From positions 63,253 to 127,252 of the forward strand of contig CALSCP010000905.1 in assembly GCA_943704425.1 (NCBI GenBank): a stretch of DNA of 64,000 nucleotides, in the 5' to 3' direction. Shown piece after piece: positions 54,561 through 64,000 of the stretch. The notes under the pieces are model-generated. The model had not been told where the DNA came from. It did not search any database and saw only the letters and a program-made list of their open reading frames with translations. The position numbers and the translations under genes are program-made. The stretch is from Ministeria vibrans ATCC 50519. Its lineage: Eukaryota; Protista; Filasterea. Positions within the stretch are counted from its first letter, which is position 1. Every line of letters begins with the position of its first letter.

Positions 54561-54998
54561 GGGTTCAAATATTTATGAAAATAATGTTGAATTTGAACTT
54601 GCACAAAAGAGGTCTTACTAATTGTCCAGGCGCATGTTGTACAGCTTCACCTTCAAGCTCCCGGACCCCTTTTCGACGGAAGAGCCCGGCTGATCATACG
54701 CGGAATTCTGTGGTGTTGAAAAAAAAGACAAACGTAAAAACATAACAAACGACAAAAAATGGCTTGCTGGAGGCGCAGAAGGGCGGGACGGGGCCAGAGG
54801 ATGTACCTTGTAGGCCACATAGGTGCTCCCACCCGTCCAGATGCCAATCCAGTCGGCGGCATTGGCGCTGGACACGCCGGACCAGGAGAAGGTCACTTCG
54901 TCGCCACTGTGCGCCACCTGCGACGGAGTCACCGTCAGCACAGGGTCCCCAAGGGCGCCCGCACACCACAGAGTTGCAAGCAGAGCAAGAGTACGCAT
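52013..54998 (-). CDS. Secreted purple acid phosphatase (large type, with N-terminal Fn3-like domains)
   Basis: Signal peptide MRTLALLATLWCAGALG; ADWIG; PTQLHIALT..EMRVMWVS; WVPPGWIH. All five metal-binding motifs are present: YA|DMG, HEGDISYA, IGNHEYD, GAHRP, GHYHSYER. Also DSDGECAVP. Confidence 0.93.
54470..54560. repeat. (AAT)n(ATT)n tract in a purple acid phosphatase intron
   Basis: Directly visible. Confidence 0.95.
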
Positions 54999-55275
54999 TG
55001 GAAAAGAGATGATTAAAAATGATTTATTATATTTATTATCAAAAGTCAATAATAATTGAACAGAGCCATAATAATAAAAATCATGAAGATGGTGAGGATC
55101 ACAACAGCACATCACGATACAGAGCCTCAATCCGAAGATTCAGAGCACTGAGAGCAGTCAACAGTCACGGTACGGACTGGCGGGACTGCTAGCGTCTTAG
55201 ATTTTGATAATCAAGACCATTTCTTAAGTAATGGCCAATGCAATATTAGTATCATTTGTATGAACAAGTTTTCAC

Positions 55276-56516
55276 TCATCGCCGACGGTTGGGCTGATAG
55301 GGCGCCAGAAAGCGCTCGAGTAGGTCTTTGTGATGGATTTTCCCCTCAGACGACATAACCCAGAATAGCGAACGGCCATCTACTCGCAGCGGAATGTACC
55401 CATTGACATCTGACACAAAGAAGAGACAATTAGCGCGCGAGGTTCTGTCTAACTCTCTCTCACGTGTGTTTCTTTATGTCTCTCAATCTCTTTGACTCTG
55501 TCTCTCTCTACNNNNNNNNNNNNNNNNNNNNNNNNNNNNNNNNNNNNNNNNNNNNNNNNNNNNNNNNNNNNNNNNNNNNNNNNNNNNNNNNNNNNNNNNN
55601 NNNNNNTTCTGTTTCTTTCTCCCTCCCCTCAATCACTGTATTTCTCTCTCTATCACTTTGTTTCTTTCTCCTCTCTCACACTTTGTTTCTTTCTCCTCTC
55701 TCTCACGTTGTTTCTTTCTCCTCTCTCTCTCTCTCTCTCGCGTTTTCTTCTCACCTAAGGGTCTCATTCGACGGACAAAGTTGGCCGGCACAATAACTGA
55801 CTTTTTGCCAAAGACAGAGAAGGATTCAATGTGGAAACAGGGAGGTCGGCGTGTCCCAAGGAAAGTCAGTCTCCGAATGTGCCTTTGGGGAATGAAATAC
55901 ACACCCGCACAGACTGCAGCAATCATGCCCACCGCCATCACGGTGTACAAGTAACGATCGGGAACGGGTCCAGTGGCTATCCTGCAATAGAGACAGGAGA
56001 TGAAGGTTGAGGAATGAACCCATTATCGTCATTCATTCGGTTGAGACGAGTGCTCAAGTCACGTACAATGCGGTGTCTTTCTTGGTCAGCGGATCCGTGA
56101 ATGCAACGTAGCCATAGTAACTCCTACACCAACGAGAAGCAATCAGTCCACTTGGGGAAGCAAGAAAGAGCGAGAGACGAGAGAGAGCGAGCGTACCAGA
56201 AGATGAGCTGCGATGCGGCAAGGCCGAGCACGGCGCGTCCAAACCACGGACGCTCGTGCGAGTACAGCAGCACGTCGCCGACGTCAATGGATGTTTTCAG
56301 CTTGGTTACGGGGGCTCGCGTCTGAGGAGGGCGCCATTGAGGGGCAACGGGCCGGGCTGTGGCGGTTTTGGTTCGGGTCAACGTTCGCACTACACTCGGG
56401 AGAACAGTGCGACACCGAAAAAATCGCAGGAGCCTAAATTTGTAGAGTGGGACAAAGGCGCATAACAAAAGAATTCAATTGTACGTCAGAGAAGCGACAT
56501 CGACGTACACACTCAT
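55276..56516 (-). CDS. TMEM223: TMEM223-like mitochondrial inner membrane protein
   Basis: Arg-rich presequence; DVLLYSHERPWF..LAASQLIFW; second TM followed by RHIRRLTF; FGKKSVIVP; YIPLRVDGRSLFWVMSSEG. The start exon ATGAGTGT|gtac is tentative. Confidence 0.8.
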
Positions 56517-56587
56517 AATGTTTGTTCGGTGAATAAAAACTGATATTTTTATAATTATTTAACTCTCTTCACTCTCACTTGCCTGCA

Positions 56588-57744
56588 ATGTCGCACCCCC
56601 CGGCGATATATGTGAAGAACAGCGACGACGACGAGGATGATGATGACGAGGCGCCTCTGTTGGCGCTTGATGTGACTCCTCAATCGCCTCAGACGACGAG
56701 TCGTGCTCGAAACGCAATTGCGACTCGCTCTCCCCGACACATTGCGACGGACAGTACAAAAGCACACGGCGCAGCCCGACGACAACCGGTGTTACGGTCA
56801 CCCATAGCCCCGACGCGCGACGACGCCGGCGACGACGACGACGACGACTCGGATTTAATGCTGTCGACTCTCGACAAGGCGCGCTCGCGGACCCCACGCT
56901 CCGTCAAGACGGTCGATGACATCGAGGAAGTCTCGGAAGAAGACGAAGAAGAGGATGGGGAGGAGGAGGAGGGAGCGGATGAAGAGGACAATGACTTCTC
57001 GTTGTTAGGGACGCGCGCAACTGTAGCAGCCCCCTTTTCGGTAGATGCTAAAGTTCATGGCTTCAGCGACGACTACGAGGAGGAGTCTGAAGAAGGCGAC
57101 TACGAGCGGGAGCAGTGCCAACTAAAGAGCAGTGATACGACGAAGAAGACAAAGAAGAGGCGTCGACCGAGTAGCGACGACTCTGACGACGAAAAGATGC
57201 TGGACGGTGACCTGGACGGGTTTGTGGTAAACACACAGGACATGCCTGTTTCGACGACAACAACGACGATGGCAACACCAACGTCGACTATGAAATTGCG
57301 AACGCCTGCACCGTTGCCGCCGCAAATGATTCTCCGTGTGCCAAACGCGTTTGCTGCGACTCGCGCGGACGACGGCTGCTGCTACCTCTATCGTATTAAC
57401 AACGAAGAACAGCTGGAATGGTATCAGGCGATTGCATCGCGTTCTACTTTGCCCTTTGAGTACTACTGTGCTACCGGCGAGTTCTACACAGAGGACACGG
57501 CGGCCCTAACCACGCCTATCATTGCGACGCATGTGATGCCGCGTCAAGGTATGGACGTGGTGGTCCTGCCAATTCCACTGCGCGACCAAATTCAACCGCA
57601 AGTGAACCTGCCCAAGGAGTACTTTTTTTACGAAGTGGGTGATGGCAGCGACGCGGAAAATAGCGAGGAGAACCTTGAGGAGGCAGAAGAGGAAGAAGAG
57701 GAAGGAGAAGAAGAAGAAGATGGGAGGAAGGGCAAGATCAATGC

Positions 57745-57787
<43 letters not shown>

Positions 57788-59283
57788 GACGACGATGATG
57801 ATGAGCCGCTGAGTCAAATGGTGGGTGCTCGGCAGCGTGGTACGAGGAAACGGCGGACGAGACGAGTCGAGGCGAGTAGTAGTAGTAGTAGTAGTAGTGA
57901 TGACGAGGAAGAAAAGGAAGCTGAAGTGGTTGTGAAGGCGAGGGCAAAACGGTTGCGAGGCATCGAGCAGAGTGACGAAGATGAAGAAGAAGAAGGGGAG
58001 GAGAAGTGTACCGCTGCAGCAAGGCGGGTTGGAAAGAGGAATGTAGCGGCTGTAGCCAAAGGGCGCAAGCAGACGAAGAAGAAAAGGCGACGTGTGGAAC
58101 AGGAGGAGGATGAAGATGACGACGATGATCTTGCGTCGTTTGTAGTGGACGACGACGACGATGATGATGACGATGGTGTGCTGGAGAACGAGAGTGAGTA
58201 CCCTGTTCCACAGTGGCGAGAACAAATGGGAATGCACGGTGGAAACCCCGAGCGAGAAGTCGCTGCAATGCGGTCTCACTTGTGCAGAGGCATAGAAGAG
58301 GTACGTAGCTGTTCTGTGTCGTGTTTTTTTGGATTTTTTTTTTCAATGTTAAATGATTGGTTTCTGACACGGTGATTACGTATATTCATCCCGTACAGGA
58401 TTTTCTTGTGTTTCTGGAGTACACGATGAATGAGACTGTCGCGCCCGACTTTGCACGATCAGTGCCATTCGCAAGCAAACCCTATTTTATACCGAGCGTG
58501 AAACGTGTTCTGGCCCGACTGGAGATGCAGAAGCAGCAGCTGGCGAGTTCACTGGTGTGGCGACCGGAGTTTATCAAAGCATTGGGAAGCTATGGAGTGT
58601 TGGTGAAGGAACGAGCGGGACGCAAGGAAATCGGAAAGGCTGAGTGTGGTGCGTGTGCGCGACCGAAGAAGAATGAGCGTGCGAGCTGGTGTTTGCATTT
58701 GATGCGGAAGAATGGGCGGGAGGAAAAGAAGAAGCAGACGAAAAAGAAGAAGGAGGAGAAGAAGCCAGCGGTGGACCAGAGAGTCACTCGTGGAGCACAT
58801 TTGAAGCAGCAGAATACGACGAAGAGAATGGTAAAGGATTCGTTTGCGTTTGAGGGTACGGATGACGATGAGGCGCGTGAGACGGATTCCGTGGTGGTGA
58901 TCCTTGATGAGAGAGAAGGAGAAGAGAAGGAGAAGGAGGAGGAGGAGGGTGATGATAATAATAATGATGATGATGATGATGATGATGATGATAATAATAA
59001 TAATAATAATGACAAGGAGGAGGAACGAGGCAGTGCACAAGTCACGTTCAATGTGGGTGATTTGTGTGCCAAGCGCGCCGAGTGCTTTCATGGTTTGCAT
59101 CATTTTTCACAAACTCTGCGTGCACACTGTTCTCGTCGCGTTGCTATCGAGTCAAAGACACTCGAACCGTGTGAACGTGTGGATCGCTGTCTGAATGACG
59201 AGCATTTTGTGAAGAGGGCCAAGAAGCTTTGGGGTGATGTGTTAGCAAACGCCGAAAAGCTCTATGGCAAGAAGAGGCGCTAA
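56588..59283 (+). CDS. Acidic nuclear protein with C-terminal DUF4211 (CCDC82/QSER1/PRR12-type) domain
   Basis: DDLASFVVDD; DFLVFLEY; LASSLVWRPEFIKAL; CGAC; FNVGDLCAKRAECFHGLHHF. Multiple basic NLS-like clusters; one intron at ~58302-58398. Confidence 0.75.
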
Positions 59284-59450
59284 GTCCCGCACTCCCGCTT
59301 CCCAAATGAAACATGTATGTGTTTAGTAACTTGTATTTATAATGTGCGTCTATAACTTTCGGTCAGTCAGTCAGGTGTCGAAGGAATGAGACAAACAATC
59401 GTAACAAAAAAATAATATACTATACACATTCATAACAATTTCGGTACAGG

Positions 59451-59844
59451 TTACTTGGTACGTCGGACGAAAGCTCCAACGTCACGCATGAGCTCCGCTT
59501 TAATGTCTTGGGGTACTGATTCTGCGGGAAGAAGAGGATAAGGCGAGTGTGCTCTCAGTTTTGAGCGGTACCTCTCGACAAAACACCAATCTCCTTCATA
59601 AGCACGTCCACGCTACAGTTGGTGATGCCACGCTCAAGAATCAACTCACGACAGCGATCTTTGAGCGAGTCGGCCCACTCGGACGACCGCAATCGAGCAG
59701 CAAGTCGTTCTTTGATTCTACACAAACGAAAAAGTTGCTCAGGAGGGTGTTTTCGATTTCAAGCTGATGCGCGCACCGTTCTCTTTCTCCACTGTCAACC
59801 AGCTCGCGGCTAATCTTTGCGCGCAGAAGATCCTCGTCCGCCAT
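59451..59844 (-). CDS. ENY2: ENY2/Sus1 (SAGA and TREX-2 subunit)
   Basis: MADEDLLRAKISRELVDSGERER|IKERLAARLRSSEWADSLKDRCRELILERG..ESVPQDIKAELMRDVGAF; three exons. Confidence 0.92.
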
Positions 59845-60001
59845 AAGGGAATGAATTAATTTGAAAAAGTCAAAGGACAAAGGACAAAGACTCAAAGCGT
59901 CAAGAGCGATCATTAATGAGCTATGATTTGAGTTTAGAGTTTTGACTTTTCACAATTCACATTTCACATTTCATATATTTTGACTCACTCTATAGCTTAT
60001 C

Positions 60002-62106
60002 ATGGGTGGATTTGTGGCAGTTGGACCGGAAGAATGTCTGGTGGTGTCAGGTAAGAACTTACGAGAAAGAGAGGAGGAAAAATATCGAAATGGGCGTTGA
60101 ATCGCTTCTTCACGTCACCTCTCTTGCTCATCTGGGATTGCGTGTTAATATGATGACGGGGAAGGGCTGTTTTGGGAGTCCACACGTTCTTGGTTACGGG
60201 AAAATCTCTTTTTGTTCGGGTTTTTGTCGCATTTCCTGTGTTTCCCGCTGTCCAACGCTCCCCCGGTGCCCTACCAACTATTGACAAGTACACAGAGAGG
60301 GTCGTGTGACTCTTCTGGCGTGCCAATGTCGTTTTAGGGGTTGGACTGAGAATTTTTGCTCTTTTTCTCGTAATTCTCTGGTTCATGGCCACGTCTCGTT
60401 TCACGATGTGCCGCTGTGCCTTAGAAGGACTCCCGTGCACGCTAGTGCAATGACTCGCGTGCAAGAGCGAGTTGTTTTTTTTTTGATGGTCAATCGATCG
60501 TTTTTTCTGCTGCGAAGAATTCGACTTTGTCGCCTGTGCTGGACGCGTCCTGCTTGTTGAACCGCGTCTACGGGTGGTGCGGAGCATATTTGCCCCCAAC
60601 TCCGACAGACCAAGGGCATATGTGGTGTTTGTCAACGACAGTGCGTTTTTTTTCTTTTTTTTTCGTTTTGTCTTTCTCTTTTTCGCATTATTATTATTAT
60701 ATTTTTTTTTGGTTTGTGGAGCGGCACAGCAGCAGACTGCGTGGCTGCACGTCGACTGGTGTATACTGTTTGAGATTGGAAATGCGGCACTGACTTGGTG
60801 TGGTTTGGCTTGGGTGGTGCAGGAATGGGCAACTCCCGCTCCAAGGTCATTGTTGGCGGACGGGCCTTTGTCTGGCCCGTCATCCAGAAGGCCCAGACCA
60901 TGTCGCTGAACGTCATGACACTGCCTATTCTCTCGCCGAAGGTATGGATGAGCCGGTGCGTCCACAAGCAGTGTCTGTGCGAGCGCCTAACGGGTTGTGT
61001 GTTTGTTTGTTGTTTTGTTTGCATTGTCTAGGTGTACACTCGTGATGGTGTTTCCATTTCCGTATCGGGTGTGGCACAGGTCAAGATTGAGGCACAGGTT
61101 GAAGAGATGCTTCGTAACGCTCTGCAGCAGTTTCTTGGAAAGACGCCCTCTCAGGTAAGGAGAAGAGGAGGAGCGAAAGGGGCAGCTGTAAATCCAGTAT
61201 GTGCGCTTTTGTATGTGTAGGTGCAAAAAGTGGCGCACGAGACACTCGAAGGGCACCAACGTGCGATCATGGGCACCATGACTGTGGAGGAGATTTTCCA
61301 GGACCGCAAGAAGTTTGCCGAGGCAGTGTTCCAGGTGGCATCTACGGATCTGTCCAACATGGGCATTAGCATCATTTCATACACAATCAAGGATGTCAGT
61401 GACGACGAAGGTCCGTTTTTTATGTGTGTATGTGTACGTGTGTGTCTGTGATTATATATATATATATGTGTGTGTGGTTGTATATATCTCTTTCTTTGTA
61501 TAATATATATATAATTATATATATATTTATATTTATGTGTGTGTGTGTGTGTGTGCTGACTCTTCGTCTCTCTGTTCCGTCTGTTCAGGCTATCTGCTTG
61601 CGCTGGGCATGAAGCGCACAGCAGAGGTCAAGCGCGACGCAGCCGTTGCAGAGGCCAACTCCAAGAGGGACGCTGGTATCAAGCAGGCGGAGGCGGAGCT
61701 GCGCGAGAAGACGGCCAAATTTGAAAACGACACAAAGGTACTAACGTATTCATGTATTGAATGGGGTCGTGCGTGTGGGGTTATTTTTGCACGTGTGGTG
61801 AGTGTGTAGAACATGTGTAGTGAATTAGTGTGCGTGTGGTGAGTATGGTTGGCATGCATGTGTGGTGAATGTGTATGTGTGTCTTTGACTCATTCTTACG
61901 TGTTTGTGTGCGCGTGTAATGTTGATAGATTGCTGAGGCTGAGCGTGACTTTGAGCTGAAGAAGGCCAAGTACGATGAGCAGGTGCAGGAGAAAAAGGCA
62001 GATGCGCAGTTGGCGTACCAACTGCAGTCGGCGAAGCAGCAGCAGCTTATTGTGGCCGAAGAGATTGAACAAGTTGTGGTGACCCGCAAGAAGGAGATTG
62101 AGGTAT

Positions 62107-62161
<55 letters not shown>

Positions 62162-63004
62162 TTGCTTTTTTTGTCTTGATTTGCTTGGCTGTTGCTGTCA
62201 TTGTCTCTCCTCTCTGTCACACGCTTTCCCCCTTCCTCTCCGTGTCGTACTCTCTGTCATCAAATCTTATTGGTTGTTGTCTTTTGTTAGGTGATGAACC
62301 AAGAGATTGCGCGTCGCGAACGTGAACTGGAGGCAACGGTGAAGAAGCCTGCAATGGCTGAGCGATACCGCATTGAAACGACCGCACAGGGTGAAAAGAC
62401 AAAGGTAAACGCGCAATTTAAGCACGGGTCACTACAGCATCATACTGACACACGTACACTCACACACATTGGTTAGGTGATTCTTGAGGCTGAAGCCAAG
62501 AGCGAGGCAGTGCGTTCGCGTGCCGATGCCGAGGCCTTTACCATCCGCGAGAAGGCGGCAGCCGACGCCGAACAAATGCAAAAGAAGGCTGAGGCCTTTG
62601 GTGAATACCAGGATGCAGCCATGATCGACATGATCCTCCAGACGCTCCCCAAGATTGTCGCAGAGGTAACCTCACACCATGTTATTCCTAATAATAATAA
62701 TTATTATTATTGTTTTATTTTTAAATTAATATCATTTTAATATGCATACTCATCCGACTTCCGCTTCTCACTTTCTCTCCACCAATTTTTTTTTTCTTCC
62801 TCTCTCTCTTCCTCTCTCGCCGTGTAGGTTGCTGCGCCGCTGTCTGAGGCCGACAAGATCACCATGATTGGTGGCTCGGGCGAGATCGGTGCGGCCAAGC
62901 TCACCGGCGAAGTCCTTGACATTGTCGCCAAGATGCCGGAGCTCATGCAGCGCCTTACCGGCATTGACATTCAGGCCACTATGTCAAAGGCCCTCAAGAC
63001 GTAA
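60002..63004 (+). CDS. FLOT1: Flotillin (flotillin-1-like)
   Basis: [17 protein letters not shown]; [19 protein letters not shown]; [19 protein letters not shown]; [12 protein letters not shown]; [10 protein letters not shown]; [15 protein letters not shown] ends at 63004. Confidence 0.95.
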
Positions 63005-63332
63005 ATTCTTTGAATACAGACACATTAAATTTTATAAATTCTAAAAAATAAAAATAATTATATTTTATAATAATAGTAATAATAATAATAATTTGTTGCA
63101 CTTGCCACTTGTCAGGCAAACATCGCCCAGTCAGTGCGGCAAGTCGGCAACAGTCAAGACTCAAGTGAGTGAGTCAACCCCATTAATGGTCACTATGTCG
63201 GAAGGAAAAACAATTTAGTTTTAATTTTAGATTACAAAAAAAGCCATTCTTGATTACTCTTTTGTTTTTCATTTTTTTTTTCAACTCTCTGCTCTCATCC
63301 CATCAATCCGCGCTGGCCACCGCCTGTGGAAC

Positions 63333-63425
63333 ATGCATGGCCTATCATTCATCTTGTTGACTGTCGCCGCCTGGTCGCTGGTGGCGGCAGGCCAGTCTCC
63401 ATGCGGTCTTGCACCATCGCAGGAG
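63333..63425 (+). CDS. Possible first exon of a secreted protein that continues beyond the window
   Basis: MHGLSFILLTVAAWSLVAAGQ is signal-peptide-like and is followed by a GAG|gtgagc donor. No homology recognised. Confidence 0.35.
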
Positions 63426-64000
63426 GTGAGCGACAGACTTCTCAATCGCACGCAGAGGCTGTCCGCTGCTCCGCTTTTGTCCCTGCTCTTACTCTTGCAT
63501 CCACACAAGGCTCTACGCCCTTCAACACTGCGCCTTACTCTCTTCTTTGTGTTTTCTCAAAACCTTTTTTGTTTTGCTCGTCTACTCGACATCGACGCTA
63601 TTCGGCAAGTTTGACCCTTGCAATGTGTTGTGACAACCCAATAATCACGTTGACATGTGCAATGGGCTATAACAGCCGTGCGGGGGGGGGTTTTCGCGGT
63701 GCTAATGGAAGCAATTACGCTGTTCGCTCTCACTGCACACTCCGCCTCAACTCCCCGCTCCAATCGATGCCCTGTGTGCTGCATGTGCTTGAATACCCGT
63801 CTTGCGTGTCCTTGTGGCGTAGGACGGCACCAGTGAACGTATTGGCGTTATTTTTCTGCCAACGTCTTTTCTTTCCCATCCGTCCACACCGCCCTCCGTG
63901 GCATCCCATTACATCATATTGTTGCCATTGTCGACGCTAGCATGCATCTCAGCGGCCAAACGGTTTTTTTTCTTTATCGTCTTTTTCGTCTTTTTTTTTT

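Overview
A gene-dense, intron-rich eukaryotic scaffold using the standard genetic code (TAA, TAG and TGA all end genes). Introns are short GT-AG introns rich in (AAT)n/(ATT)n, (CA)n and (GA)n, and there are several N gaps. The gene set (animal-like flotillin-1, CSPP1, ULK4, SVIP, TMEM192, SRCR, cadherin, HYR and TNFR-like domains) suggests a flagellated unicellular holozoan such as a choanoflagellate; this is inference. About 20 genes can be reconstructed by manual splicing, in order: a multi-SRCR surface protein (missing from the ORF track because it runs off the window edge), a giant TNFR-Cys/HYR/cadherin single-pass receptor, ULK4/RUNKEL pseudokinase, an ER-retained TPR-JmjC oxygenase, glycine cleavage T protein, PABP, TMEM192, a GT61 glycosyltransferase, a tandem zinc-finger ORF, a DUSP 3' end, CSPP1, beta-COP, SVIP, a BAR-domain protein, a winged-helix/LOTUS-like + Egalitarian/EXD1-like dead exonuclease + degenerate Ycf45/SpoIIIAA-like P-loop fusion, a purple acid phosphatase, TMEM223, a DUF4211 protein, ENY2 and flotillin. 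The most unusual items are the double-pseudoenzyme fusion at 46961-51787, the NDEL-terminated secretory JmjC hydroxylase, and the head-to-head pair of repeat-expanded surface receptors. Exon boundaries are hand-derived, family calls come from remembered motifs, and no database search was run.
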